From the NCBI GenBank assembly GCA_043823435.1, contig JBDRAV010000002.1:61755-125754 (forward strand): 64,000 nt of DNA. The letters run 5' to 3'. The position numbers were made by a program, and so were the translations under genes. Shown here piece after piece: positions 39,107 to 49,494 of this stretch (its first letter is position 1; each line of letters starts with the position of its first letter). Source of the stretch: Candidatus Omnitrophota bacterium. Lineage in GTDB: Bacteria > Omnitrophota > Gorgyraeia > Gygaellales > Profunditerraquicolaceae. The notes beneath the pieces are model-generated. The model did no database searches, had not been told where the DNA came from, and saw only the letters and a program-made list of their open reading frames with translations.

Positions 39107-40120
39107 ATGGTGAATGAGGTTATATATAATACGGTTTTATATAATTATAAGGTCAAGAGAGTGGCCGGGTTCCTGTTAAGGAGCCGTTTCCTGACGGGAA
39201 ATCCCATATACCGTTTTTTATACGGCCGGGCCACGAGAAGAAAAATGCGGGCCTTTGAGAAGGTGCCTTTCAGGGTAATGCTGGAGAACACGAATCTTTG
39301 CGAGGCATACTGCGCTTTTTGCCCCCATAAAGATATGAAGAGGCAGGCAGGCGTTATGGATTTCGGCTTAACCAGGAAAATTATTGATGAGTGCAGGGAT
39401 TTATCCATAGACCACGTCACTATATACGGCTTTGGCGAGCCTCTGTTAGACAGAGATTTCTTTCGGCGCGTAGAATATGCCAAGAGAAAAGGCATTAAAA
39501 GAGTCACCACTAATACAAATGCAGCTTTCCTGGACGAAGGGAAGAACGGGTCGCTTATTGCTTCAGGGATCAATGAGGTATACATAAGCTTTGACGCCTT
39601 TACGGAGGGGACCTATAAGAAGATAAGGCCGAATCTTGACTTTGATAAAGTGAAACAGAATATATTGGATCTGATAGATAGAAGGAATAAAAACGAAAAA
39701 AACAGTCCTTTAATAGTCTTGAGTTTTGTCGAAAACGATATAAACAAGAATGAGGTACAAAGCTACATTAATTATTGGAAAGGTAAAGCGGATTATGTAT
39801 CCGTGTCTTTAGCACATAACTGGACAGGGGATATGCCCGGTTGTCCGGTTGCTGATGGTTCTTTCAGGGACCCCTGCCGTCTCCTTTGGACGGATATGTT
39901 TATACTGTATAATGGGGATGTGGCGTTATGCTGCAATGATTTTGACGGCCGCATCATAATCGGAAACGTAAAAGAGCGTTCTATCCGGGATATCTGGTCA
40001 GGGGAGAGGCTGGGCGGAATACGGCGTGAGCATATTAGACGCAATTTCGGCGCGGTCAACGTTTGTAAGGATTGCAATTATAATTACCACTATAAATCAA
40101 ATTGGTGGGTATCGAAATGA
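39107..40120 (+). CDS. Radical SAM protein with C-terminal SPASM/twitch Cys-rich domain
   Basis: CEAYCAFCPH CxxxCxxC motif; C-terminal CRLLW...CCNDF...CKDC cysteine cluster. Confidence 0.75.
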   Translation: MVNEVIYNTVLYNYKVKRVAGFLLRSRFLTGNPIYRFLYGRATRRKMRAFEKVPFRVMLENTNLCEAYCAFCPHKDMKRQAGVMDFGLTRKIIDECRDLSIDHVTIYGFGEPLLDRDFFRRVEYAKRKGIKRVTTNTNAAFLDEGKNGSLIASGINEVYISFDAFTEGTYKKIRPNLDFDKVKQNILDLIDRRNKNEKNSPLIVLSFVENDINKNEVQSYINYWKGKADYVSVSLAHNWTGDMPGCPVADGSFRDPCRLLWTDMFILYNGDVALCCNDFDGRIIIGNVKERSIRDIWSGERLGGIRREHIRRNFGAVNVCKDCNYNYHYKSNWWVSK

Positions 40121-40139
40121 AAATGAAACGGAGGCTATT

Positions 40140-41192
40140 ATGAAGCGGGCTTTGATTACGGGCATAACCGGCCAGGACGGGGCCTATCTGGCAAAATTCT
40201 TACTGGAGAAGGGATATGAAGTATTCGGTACATACAGGAGGCTCTCTACCCCTAATTTCTGGAGGCTGCAATACCTGGATGTATTTGACAGGGTAAGCCT
40301 GATCCCGGCAGACCTCATCGATGCCGCATCGATAGGGGAGGCGCTTGAGATATCCCGGCCGCAGGAGATATACCATCTGGCGGCGCAGAGCTTTGTCGGG
40401 ACCTCCTTTGAGCAGCCTATAGGATCGGGCGAAATCACCGCACTTGGCGTAACGCGCATCCTTGAAGAGGTCAGGCAATTCGATCCAAAAATAAAATTTT
40501 ACCAGGCGTCTACTTCGGAATTGTACGGCAACGGCCATAAGAAGCCGCAGGATGAAGATACCTGTTTCAATCCTTCAAGCCCCTATGCGGCATCGAAGCT
40601 ATACGGTTACTGGATTACAAAGATTTACCGGGAAGGATACGGGATATTCGCATCTAACGGTATCCTCTTTAACCATGAATCGCCATTAAGGGGGCTTGAG
40701 TTTGTTACGAGGAAGATATCAAATGCGGTAGCAAAGATCAAGCTGGGCCTGGAGAAGGAATTAAGGATTGGCAATCTAAACGCCAAAAGGGACTGGGGGT
40801 ATGCCCCGGAGTATGTAGAAAGCATGTGGTTGATACTGCAGCAGGACAGGCCTGACGATTTTGTTATCGCTACTGGGGAAACGCACTCGGTGAAAGAATT
40901 CATCGTAGAGGCGTTCAGCAGGGCCGGCCTGAAATGGGAGAAATACGTGAAAACCGATAAGGCATTGCTAAGGCCCCTGGATGTGGATACCCTTTGCGGG
41001 GATTATTCCAAGGCGAAAAAGGTACTACGCTGGCAGCCCAGGATCAAATTCAAAGAATTGGCCCGGATAATGGTAGATGAGGATATCAACAGATGGCGTA
41101 GGTATTTAAAGGGGGAGCATTTCCCCTGGGACGCAGCAACATACCCTCATGAAAACAAGATACTTTCAAGAGAATATAAAAGGGATAGATAA
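40140..41192 (+). CDS. gmd: GDP-mannose 4,6-dehydratase
   Basis: MKRALITGITGQDGAYLAKFLLEKGYEVFG, STSELYG, YAASKLYGYW: canonical Gmd motifs; start chosen at the ATG with GGAGG RBS. Confidence 0.85.
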   Translation: MKRALITGITGQDGAYLAKFLLEKGYEVFGTYRRLSTPNFWRLQYLDVFDRVSLIPADLIDAASIGEALEISRPQEIYHLAAQSFVGTSFEQPIGSGEITALGVTRILEEVRQFDPKIKFYQASTSELYGNGHKKPQDEDTCFNPSSPYAASKLYGYWITKIYREGYGIFASNGILFNHESPLRGLEFVTRKISNAVAKIKLGLEKELRIGNLNAKRDWGYAPEYVESMWLILQQDRPDDFVIATGETHSVKEFIVEAFSRAGLKWEKYVKTDKALLRPLDVDTLCGDYSKAKKVLRWQPRIKFKELARIMVDEDINRWRRYLKGEHFPWDAATYPHENKILSREYKRDR

Positions 41193-41201
41193 GGATAGAT
41201 A

Positions 41202-42425
41202 ATGCATTGCCGTATCTGCAAAAGTGAAAGATTAAGGCGTTTCCTAGACCTGGGCTCTACTCCCGCGGCCGATGATTTTCTTACTCCCCAGCGCCTTAAG
41301 GAGCCGGAGGCCAGTTATCCGCTTGAGGCCTATATTTGTGGAGAATGTTCTCTGGTACAGCTTGGATACGTAGTGCCGCCAGAAGTGCTTTTTCAGAAGG
41401 ATTACCCGTATGAGTCTTCCATGACAGAGACCGGCGTAAAACATTTCCATTCTTTTGCCAAAGAGGTGGCCGGCGAATTTAAATTAACGGCTGGTGATCT
41501 GGCCGTTGATATCGGCTCTAACGTAGGGGTATTGCTGGAGGGGTTCAAGAAACTCGGTATCGGCGTCTTAGGAGTTGAACCTGCGCCGAATATATGCAAG
41601 ATAGCAAGCCAGCGCGGGATAGAGACCCTGAATACTTTTTTTAATGAGGATACCGTATCCAGGATAATAGATGTAAAAGGGAAAGCAAAGATCATAACCG
41701 GAACTAACGTAGTTGCCCATATAGATGATCTGCACGCATTATTGAATAATATAGACCGTCTGTTGACAGAGGAGGGGGTCTTTATATTTGAAGCGCCTTA
41801 TCTGGTCAATCTGATCGAGAACAGGGAGTATGACACTATATACCATGAGCATTTATCTTATCTTTCGGTTAAGCCGCTGGTCAGGCTCTTTAACATGTTT
41901 GATATGGAGATCTTTGATATAAATAAACAGTCCATCCACGGCGGATCATTGCGTTATTTCGCTTCCAGAAAGAACGACTATAATATCTCCGGGCGCGTGG
42001 GAGAGCTGCTTGCCTTGGAGGAAGAGCGCAGGATATATGATATAAAAGTGCTGGAGGCATTTGCGCAGGATATCAGGGATAACAAAACAGAATTGACGCG
42101 CCTCCTGCAATCTTTAAAGAAGAGCGGCAAGAGGATAGCCGGTGTGGGGGCGCCGGCCAAGGGGATGACGTTATTGAATTATTGCGGGATCGGCACGGGA
42201 ATGTTGGATTTTATTACCGAGAAGTCAAAGCTTAAAATCGGGAAATATACTCCGGGAACGCATATCCCGGTCCTCCCGGATTCGGAATTATTGAAAGAGC
42301 GCCCCGATTTCGCGTTATTATTATCCTGGAACTTCGCGGATGAGATCATGGCGAATTTAAAAGATTATGCAGCGACCGGGGGAAAATTCATTATTCCGAT
42401 ACCCAGGCCCCATATCGCCGATTAG
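41202..42425 (+). CDS. Nucleotide-sugar C-methyltransferase (N-terminal Zn-ribbon, class I SAM MTase, C-methyltransferase C-terminal domain; TylC3/NovU-like)
   Basis: CRICKS...C..C N-terminal zinc-binding domain, SAM-binding VDIGSNVG, 407 aa. Confidence 0.7.
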   Translation: MHCRICKSERLRRFLDLGSTPAADDFLTPQRLKEPEASYPLEAYICGECSLVQLGYVVPPEVLFQKDYPYESSMTETGVKHFHSFAKEVAGEFKLTAGDLAVDIGSNVGVLLEGFKKLGIGVLGVEPAPNICKIASQRGIETLNTFFNEDTVSRIIDVKGKAKIITGTNVVAHIDDLHALLNNIDRLLTEEGVFIFEAPYLVNLIENREYDTIYHEHLSYLSVKPLVRLFNMFDMEIFDINKQSIHGGSLRYFASRKNDYNISGRVGELLALEEERRIYDIKVLEAFAQDIRDNKTELTRLLQSLKKSGKRIAGVGAPAKGMTLLNYCGIGTGMLDFITEKSKLKIGKYTPGTHIPVLPDSELLKERPDFALLLSWNFADEIMANLKDYAATGGKFIIPIPRPHIAD

Positions 42426-42440
42426 AGAGGGAAAGCCAAG

Positions 42441-42815
42441 ATGAAGATAAAAAGGATAAAAGTTTCATTTGCGGACAAAAGAGGAAGGATAAAGGATATC
42501 ATTGAAGGAGAGCGCATCGAATCTGTCACCCTTATTTCTTCCAAAAAAGGCTCCGCCCGGGGGAACCATTACCATAAGAAGTCGGTTCAATATAACTACA
42601 TAATCAGAGGGAAGATGAAACTTTTTAGCCGGATGCCCGGAGGAAAAACAAAGGTAACTCTTCTTAAGCCGGGGGATCTGGCCTGCAATCCCGAGGGTGA
42701 GCAGCACGCATTAGTCGCTCTGGAGGATTCGGAGTTCATGGTTTTTACGAGGGGCCCGCGGGGAGGCTCTAATTACGAAAAGGATACCTTTAGGTTAAAG
42801 GATAGGTTGGACTGA
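42441..42815 (+). CDS. Cupin-fold sugar-nucleotide 3,4-ketoisomerase-like (FdtA/QdtA/WxcM C-terminal domain-like)
   Basis: 124 aa cupin with RGNHYH...HALVALEDSEFMVFT pattern typical of the FdtA family. Confidence 0.5.
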   Translation: MKIKRIKVSFADKRGRIKDIIEGERIESVTLISSKKGSARGNHYHKKSVQYNYIIRGKMKLFSRMPGGKTKVTLLKPGDLACNPEGEQHALVALEDSEFMVFTRGPRGGSNYEKDTFRLKDRLD

Positions 42816-42816
42816 T

Positions 42817-43944
42817 ATGAAAATGCATATACCTGTTTCCGGACCGTTAATCAGCGGCAGGGCGATACGAAATGTAATATCCGCATTGGAAGAAAGATCC
42901 ATTTCAGGGTTATGTGGGCGCTATCTTAATGAGTTTGAAGGCGCTTTTGCACGCTACTGCGGGAGTAAGTTCGGCGTCGCGACCAATAGCGGCACGACAG
43001 CCCTGCATATAGCCTGCGCGGCGCTCGGCATTAAAAAAGGCGATGAGGTGCTGGTATCGACGTTTACGAATATGGCCACTATTTTTTCCATTTTATATCA
43101 GGGTGCCAGGCCCGTAGCAGTTGATATTGAGCCGGATACCTGGAATATGGACCCTGGTTTACTGGAGAAGAAGGTTACCAGCAGGACAAAAGCCATATTG
43201 GCAGTACATATATACGGCCACCCCGCAGATATGTCTCCTATATTGAGTGTCGCCAGGAGGCACGGGCTTTACGTAATAGAGGATGCTGCTGAAGCGCACG
43301 GCGCACTCTATAACGGCAGAAAGGTGGGTTCTTTCGGGGATGCCGGGTGTTTTAGCTTTTACGCCAATAAGATCATTACCACCGGAGAAGGCGGTATGCT
43401 GGTTACTCAAAGCAGGAGGTTGGCAGATAAGGCGCGCTCATTGAAGAGCCTGGCATTCGGGGATAAAAATAAATTTATGCATCAGGATATAGGATTTGGA
43501 TACAGGATGACGAATATCCAGGCAGCCATAGGATGCGCGCAGCTGGAAGATATCGACAAGATAATCTCGCGTAAACGTCAAATAGCTAAATATTATAATG
43601 AAGGCCTGGCTGACGTCAAGGGCCTGCAGCTTCCGGTAGAGAAGGGCTATGCGAGGTGCGTTTATTGGATGTACCACGTAGTCGTGCATAAAAAATTCGG
43701 TATTTCAAGGGATCTGTTGATGAAAAGGCTCGCAGCTTGCGGTATAGAGACGCGGGAGTCTTTCGTACCCTATAATATGCAGCGTATTTTCATCAGGCGG
43801 GGGTGGGTTAAACCCGCAGAGTGCCCCGTGGCAAATTATGCCGCCAGGAACGGCCTTTATCTTCCCAGCGGACCGGGCTTGAAAGAGAAAGAATTGAATT
43901 ATATCGTAGATAAAATAACAAGTATTCAAAGGAAGTCCAGGTGA
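42817..43944 (+). CDS. DegT/DnrJ/EryC1/StrS family PLP-dependent nucleotide-sugar aminotransferase
   Basis: TNSGTTALHIA; catalytic Lys context FSFYANKIITTGEGG; 375 aa. Confidence 0.85.
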   Translation: MKMHIPVSGPLISGRAIRNVISALEERSISGLCGRYLNEFEGAFARYCGSKFGVATNSGTTALHIACAALGIKKGDEVLVSTFTNMATIFSILYQGARPVAVDIEPDTWNMDPGLLEKKVTSRTKAILAVHIYGHPADMSPILSVARRHGLYVIEDAAEAHGALYNGRKVGSFGDAGCFSFYANKIITTGEGGMLVTQSRRLADKARSLKSLAFGDKNKFMHQDIGFGYRMTNIQAAIGCAQLEDIDKIISRKRQIAKYYNEGLADVKGLQLPVEKGYARCVYWMYHVVVHKKFGISRDLLMKRLAACGIETRESFVPYNMQRIFIRRGWVKPAECPVANYAARNGLYLPSGPGLKEKELNYIVDKITSIQRKSR

Positions 43945-44705
43945 GCAACAACTTTAAAAAATACGCCGGGTATTATGACCTGATCTATAAGGATAAAGAT
44001 TACGGGAAGGAGTGCGAATTCATAGAGCGGATATTTAGAAAGTACGCCGCGCGCAAGCCCCGTTCTATCATGGACCTGGCCTGCGGGACAGGCAGCCATG
44101 CCATATCTCTGGCAGAAAGAGGATACAAGGTATATGGATCCGATATCTCTGCTGCGATGGTCGCGATAGCCAGGAGAAAGTCAAAAGAGAGGGGCCTGGA
44201 TACGGAGTTCCGTAAAGGCAGGATGCAGCATTCTGCTACCAGCAAGAAGTTTGACGCAGCGCTCATATTGTTCGCCTCCATAGATTATCTGACTAAGACA
44301 AAAGATATCAGGGGTACTTTTATCAACGTATCAGAGCACCTGAAAAAGAACGGGCTCTTCATCTTTGATTTCTGGAATGGTGATGCGGTGACCAGGAAGC
44401 TCATACCTAAAAGCACAAAGATAGTTTCCGATAAGGATATGCGGATAAAGAGGTCATGCGTAAAGCGCCTGGACATGGCAGCGCATTTATGCGAAGTGAA
44501 GTTCGATTTTTCGGTATATAAGAAGGGCAAGCTGGCGGATTCATTCCGCGAGAAGCACCTGATCCGTTATTTCTTCCCGGAAGAAATCAGAAGGCGCCTG
44601 GCGCTTTCCGGGTTTGAAATCTTAAAGATCTGCCCGTTTTTGAAATTAGGCAGGAGCATAAACGAAGACGACTGGGATATCACGGTTATAGCCAGGAGAT
44701 CTTAA
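43941..44705 (+). CDS. Class I SAM-dependent methyltransferase
   Basis: Motif I DLACGTGSHAISLA, post-I acidic residue GSDIS. Confidence 0.7.
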   Translation: MSNNFKKYAGYYDLIYKDKDYGKECEFIERIFRKYAARKPRSIMDLACGTGSHAISLAERGYKVYGSDISAAMVAIARRKSKERGLDTEFRKGRMQHSATSKKFDAALILFASIDYLTKTKDIRGTFINVSEHLKKNGLFIFDFWNGDAVTRKLIPKSTKIVSDKDMRIKRSCVKRLDMAAHLCEVKFDFSVYKKGKLADSFREKHLIRYFFPEEIRRRLALSGFEILKICPFLKLGRSINEDDWDITVIARRS

Positions 44706-46226
44706 ATGAAGATTTTGCTTATTAACCCCCCCATAACCAGGCATGAGAGCGACCCTCTGGCAGGAGAAGCGGGGAATCTGCCTCTGGGCCTTTGTTATAT
44801 AGCGGCTTATTTAAAGAAAAATAATTATGAAGTCAGGGTCCTGGATGCTATGGCTGAAGGGGTGGGGAATATTGAAAAGAGGGGGCAATTCGTAAGGACG
44901 GGCCTAAGCGAAGAGAAAATAGAGGAGGCGATCCGCGAATTCAATCCGCAGGTGGTGGGGATAACTACCATGTTTACTTCTTATGCGCAGGATTCACATG
45001 ACATCGCAAAATTGGTTAAGAGGATAGATAATAATATCCTGGTTGTTCTCGGGGGCGTGCATGCTACGGCCTGTTATGATATGGTCTTCTCGGATAAGAA
45101 CGTGGATATTGTAGTGAAAGGTGAGGGGGAGATCACTATCGTGGAATTGATGCGCGCGCTTGAAAAGAAAGAAGCGATTACCGGTATACCGGGAACGATA
45201 GTCAGGTCGGGTGGTGAGCTCTTAAATAACGCGGACAGGCCCTTTATCGAGGACCTGGATAGATTGCCGTTTCCGCAGAGGGAATTCCTTCCCGTAGATG
45301 TATATTTGCGGGGCGCGAGGCTCTCTTATTGTATGCGCCAGCCGGTGATGGGTATGGTGACCAGCCGCGGATGCCCCTGTCGTTGTTCTTATTGCGGCAT
45401 CCACGCCGTCTGGAAGCATACATGGCGGGCCAGGAGCGCGGCTAATGTCGCAGATGAAATAGAATATTTGATCCGCCTATATGGCGCAAAGGAGTTCCAC
45501 TTCTTAGATGACAGCATATCCGCAGATAAACAGCGTATGCATGAAATATGCGATGAGATAATCAAGCGCAAGCTGGATATACGCTGGACTACCCCTAACG
45601 GCATAGCAATATGGACGCTGGACGAGCTGTTGTTAAAGAAGATGCGTAAGAGCGGTTGTTACCGTCTTACTTTCGGGATCGAGTCAGGGAATGAGCCCAC
45701 GCAGAGATTTATCGGAAAAATAATCAAATTCGAGCACGCGAACAGGATAATCAAGGCTGCCAATAGCCTGGGGATGTGGACCCTGGCTACTTTTATCATC
45801 GGTTTCCCCTATGAAACCAGGGAAGAGATCTTTGAAACAATAGAATTTTCCAAGAAATTGGATATTGATATTGCATTTTATAACGTGTTAATGCCTTTTC
45901 CTACTACCAGGGTTTACGAAATATTCCATAAAGAAGGGCTGTTGCCGGTAAACAGGTCTCTGGAATTTTTTAATGCCTTTACCGGAAAAGGCGGCGGGTG
46001 CGATACGAAATTATTCAAGAAGGAAGAATTGGCAGAATTCAGCGATATAGCGCATCGGGAATTCTACCGCAGCAGGATAAAGAAATTCATGAATCCGTTC
46101 AGGATCATGAATAAAATAAGAAGTTGGGAATCCGCAGGTTATGTTTTTACATTGCTCAAAGGAGTCATTTCTTATTCTACGGGAGAGTTTGAAACTAAGT
46201 CGAACCCGGAAAAGGCAAGGACCTGA
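44706..46226 (+). CDS. B12-binding-domain radical SAM protein (class B rSAM, putative methyltransferase)
   Basis: N-terminal cobalamin-binding-like domain; CPCRCSYCG contains the CX3CX2C cluster. Confidence 0.8.
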   Translation: MKILLINPPITRHESDPLAGEAGNLPLGLCYIAAYLKKNNYEVRVLDAMAEGVGNIEKRGQFVRTGLSEEKIEEAIREFNPQVVGITTMFTSYAQDSHDIAKLVKRIDNNILVVLGGVHATACYDMVFSDKNVDIVVKGEGEITIVELMRALEKKEAITGIPGTIVRSGGELLNNADRPFIEDLDRLPFPQREFLPVDVYLRGARLSYCMRQPVMGMVTSRGCPCRCSYCGIHAVWKHTWRARSAANVADEIEYLIRLYGAKEFHFLDDSISADKQRMHEICDEIIKRKLDIRWTTPNGIAIWTLDELLLKKMRKSGCYRLTFGIESGNEPTQRFIGKIIKFEHANRIIKAANSLGMWTLATFIIGFPYETREEIFETIEFSKKLDIDIAFYNVLMPFPTTRVYEIFHKEGLLPVNRSLEFFNAFTGKGGGCDTKLFKKEELAEFSDIAHREFYRSRIKKFMNPFRIMNKIRSWESAGYVFTLLKGVISYSTGEFETKSNPEKART

Positions 46227-46231
46227 TCTTT

Positions 46232-47404
46232 ATGGAGATAATTGTTTTGGCAAATACGGTATTGGTAAAAGGAGGGATAAGCGGAGGGGATATAGTCCTT
46301 CCTTATATCAACAAATACTGGGGAGGAAGGTTCAAGATAAAAGTAATGACCACTACCCAGGGCAGAAGGGTATGGGAGAGCATAGGCTCAAACGCGGAAT
46401 TTATTCTCCTGCCCCATATGAAATATGAGGAGCGCGAATTAAAGTTTACCTTCCTTTTCACGTATATCATACGGACCATATTCGCTGCTTTAAAATTAAG
46501 CAAAATGTTGCATGGCCGGAAAGAGGGCAATATCGTTCTGAGCGCAAGCGATTTCTTTCCGGATGTTTTGCCTGCCTGCCTCCTTAAGGGCAAAGGCAAT
46601 TTCTGGGTTGCGCGCGTATACCACCTTATAAAATCCCCTTCCGAAAGAAAGGGCAACCCCTTGTTGAATATATTATCTTTTTTACTGCAAAGGGCGAGCC
46701 TTGCGATGATAAGGGCTAAGGCAGACCTTATCCTGACCCCTATAGGCACATACAAGGAATTATGCGCCCTGGGTTTTGATAAGGAGCGGATATTTATAAA
46801 TAACCCTGGGGTGGACCTGCAGAAGATAGATTCGGTAAGGCCGTCAGACAGGCATTACGACGCCATCTTCATAGGCGCCCTTTTACATAATAAAGGGTCA
46901 TATGATATCGTAAATATCTGGAACGAGGTTACAAAGAAGATAAGAGATGCGAAGCTGGTTGTGATCGGAGGCGGGCCCAAAAAAGAGGTAGAGGATTTTA
47001 AGAAGATGATAGAAGAGAGGGGCCTGGGTTCACATATCGAGTACCTGGGATTCGTCAGGGATATCGAAGATGTATACACCCGCCTTAAAAGCAGCAGGGT
47101 ATTGATTTTAACCGGCCATGAAAACGGATGGAGTATCCCCGTTTCAGAAGCATTCGCTTGCGGGATACCGGTAGTCGCGTATAACCTTAAGATGTTCGGT
47201 ACGGCATTCAAACGCGGCTTTATAAGCGTGCCTTTATACGATACCGGTAAGTTCGCAGAAGAGATCATAAATCTTTTAGAAGATGATAAACTAAGGGCAG
47301 AGTTATCCAAAGAGGCATACAGCGAAGGCCGCGGCCTGGGCTGGGATAAGGTATCGCAAGGTTTAGGCATTCGCTTGGAAGCATATTCTATCGAGAGGGG
47401 TTAA
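46232..47404 (+). CDS. Family 4 (GT-B) glycosyltransferase
   Basis: GT-B fold pattern; C-terminal EAFACGIPVVAYN GT4 motif. Confidence 0.75.
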   Translation: MEIIVLANTVLVKGGISGGDIVLPYINKYWGGRFKIKVMTTTQGRRVWESIGSNAEFILLPHMKYEERELKFTFLFTYIIRTIFAALKLSKMLHGRKEGNIVLSASDFFPDVLPACLLKGKGNFWVARVYHLIKSPSERKGNPLLNILSFLLQRASLAMIRAKADLILTPIGTYKELCALGFDKERIFINNPGVDLQKIDSVRPSDRHYDAIFIGALLHNKGSYDIVNIWNEVTKKIRDAKLVVIGGGPKKEVEDFKKMIEERGLGSHIEYLGFVRDIEDVYTRLKSSRVLILTGHENGWSIPVSEAFACGIPVVAYNLKMFGTAFKRGFISVPLYDTGKFAEEIINLLEDDKLRAELSKEAYSEGRGLGWDKVSQGLGIRLEAYSIERG

Positions 47405-48994
47405 GTGGCCATAGACAAGAAGAAAAAGATATTAATCATCGGGCTGGATGGGGTTGACCCGGACCTGCTGGATAAGTTTATCAGCGAAGGGATATTGCCG
47501 AATTTTAAGAGGCTGATCGCCAACGGTGCCTACGGGAAGATAAAATCTTCCATACCAATTATAACGACGGTCACCTGGAATTCTTTTATAACCGGGAAGA
47601 ATCCCGGCAAACACGGCATATTCGGCTTCGTCAATTTTAAGAAAGGCTCTTATGAATTGAAGATATTGAATTCAGCCGACCGGAAGGCCGATGGGATATG
47701 GGGATTATTGAACCGTTTCGGGAAGACAGTCGGTATCTTTAATCTTCCGTCATTGTACCCGGCAGAGAAGATAGATAGGTTCATGGTCTGCGGGATGCTC
47801 ACCCCTAATAAAAATAGCCGTTTTATTTATCCTCACGGGCTTCAGGAAGAATTCCTTCGCGAAATAAAAGATTACGAAATAGATGTAGGGGTGGTAAAGG
47901 CGGCCTACGACAGCAAGGATATCCTGCTTAAGAATATGTATTTTTTAACTGACAAGAGGTTCGAGGCGAGCGCGTATTTATTAAATAAGTACCCCTGCGA
48001 CCTGTTTGTAACCATAATCACGGAAACAGACAGGGTCCAGCATTATTTCTTAGATGACGCTGTGGCCTTGCGTGAATATTTCAAATACCTGGATAAAAAG
48101 ACAGGAGAGCTGCTGGCGCAGGCAGGAGATGACGCCACGGTATTTATAGTCTCCGACCATGGCATGGGCGCCTTCAGCAAGTACATCTATATAAACAGGT
48201 TCCTTATGGACGGCGGGTTCTTAAAGATCAACAAGCGCTCGACAAATTACGTAAAGCATTCTTTTACTAAAAAGATAATTCAAGTTCTAAGCACATTTCT
48301 TATGCGGATGAAATTCGATGTGGAACGGCTCAAGAAGATGCTGCCGCAGGGGCTTGTAAACAGCCTTACCTACCTTTATTGTTACTACGGCGGTATTGAC
48401 TGGGGTAAGAGCAGCGCTTATTTTTGTTCGGGCACCGGCGAAGGAATAACCATCAACACAAAGAAGCGTTTCCCCGCGGGGATAGTAGAAGAGCGGGATT
48501 ATGAAGCCCTTAGGGATAATATTATAAAAGGGCTGCTTGGTATCAAGGATCCGGATACGGGAGAGAGGGTCATTGAGGCTGCCTATAAAAGGGAAGAGTT
48601 GCTGAACGGTGATCATACTCAGGAGGCCCCTGACATAATCCTGAGATTACGTGACGGTTATGCTACCAATGAATCCGTAGAAACAGAAGTTGTATTGGGA
48701 GAGCGGCCTTTGCAAGAAATGCTTCTTGCGGAACACCGTTTGGAAGGTATAATTATTGCTTATGGAAAGGACATCAGGCAGGGCGTAAGAATAGAGGGAA
48801 GCAGCATTCTGGATATCGCTCCTACGCTACTGCGCATCTTCGGGATACCCGTGCCGCAGGATTTTGACGGCAAACCGCTGGAGGAGATATTCAAGCCAGG
48901 GGTGTTGAGCTTATCAAAAACCAGACCTCTCGGCGAAGCCGAGGCGTTACAGAAAAGGATCAGAGAATTGAAATCATCCGGCAGGATAAAATAG
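47405..48994 (+). CDS. Alkaline-phosphatase-superfamily protein, type I phosphodiesterase/nucleotide pyrophosphatase (NPP) family
   Basis: ILIIGLDGVDPDLL and PIITTVTWNSFITGKNPGKHGIF match the NPP-family metal site and Thr nucleophile block. Confidence 0.7.
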   Translation: MAIDKKKKILIIGLDGVDPDLLDKFISEGILPNFKRLIANGAYGKIKSSIPIITTVTWNSFITGKNPGKHGIFGFVNFKKGSYELKILNSADRKADGIWGLLNRFGKTVGIFNLPSLYPAEKIDRFMVCGMLTPNKNSRFIYPHGLQEEFLREIKDYEIDVGVVKAAYDSKDILLKNMYFLTDKRFEASAYLLNKYPCDLFVTIITETDRVQHYFLDDAVALREYFKYLDKKTGELLAQAGDDATVFIVSDHGMGAFSKYIYINRFLMDGGFLKINKRSTNYVKHSFTKKIIQVLSTFLMRMKFDVERLKKMLPQGLVNSLTYLYCYYGGIDWGKSSAYFCSGTGEGITINTKKRFPAGIVEERDYEALRDNIIKGLLGIKDPDTGERVIEAAYKREELLNGDHTQEAPDIILRLRDGYATNESVETEVVLGERPLQEMLLAEHRLEGIIIAYGKDIRQGVRIEGSSILDIAPTLLRIFGIPVPQDFDGKPLEEIFKPGVLSLSKTRPLGEAEALQKRIRELKSSGRIK

Positions 48995-49017
48995 AAAATT
49001 AAGACATTAAGAGATTA

Positions 49018-49494
49018 TTGATGAGAAGGCTTAAGAACTTTATCGGACTTAAATTGATGAGCTTCTTTATAAGGCTTAATTTCCGCCTTATTACAATGTG
49101 CAACGAGAGGATATTTGAGTATCCATGGGTTTTGACGCGCTGCAAGGCCGTGCGAGGGGACAAAATAGGAGACTTTGGCTGCAAGGGTAGCATGCTGGTG
49201 CCTTATTTGTCTTCTTTGGGCTTCCAGGTCTATGGCGTAGATCTTGCCGAGGGGTTGGATTTTTCCTCGCATTTTCTGGATAACTACAAAGATTTCAAAT
49301 TCGTCAAGAGCGATATAAGAAAAATGCCTTTCCCGGATAGTTTTTTTGACGTTTCATTTTCCATATCCACCCTGGAACATATATTCTCCGATGACAATTC
49401 CTGTGAAGATAATATAGCGCTTCAGGAGATTGTCAGAGTGACTAAGTCAGGTGGCCGGATACTTCTGAGTTTTCGTACGGAAGCGGCAATGTAA
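49018..49494 (+). CDS. Class I SAM-dependent methyltransferase fragment (Methyltransf_11-like); probably frameshifted
   Basis: VYGVDLAEG..., SISTLEHI..., GGRILLSF MTase motifs, but only 158 aa; a stop-free, start-less ~70-codon frame continues to ~49700. Confidence 0.5.
   Translation: MMRRLKNFIGLKLMSFFIRLNFRLITMCNERIFEYPWVLTRCKAVRGDKIGDFGCKGSMLVPYLSSLGFQVYGVDLAEGLDFSSHFLDNYKDFKFVKSDIRKMPFPDSFFDVSFSISTLEHIFSDDNSCEDNIALQEIVRVTKSGGRILLSFRTEAAM

Noticed and set aside
46855-47370. 171-aa minus-strand ORF inside the GT4 gene
   Set aside because: Antisense shadow ORF; no start context or motifs.
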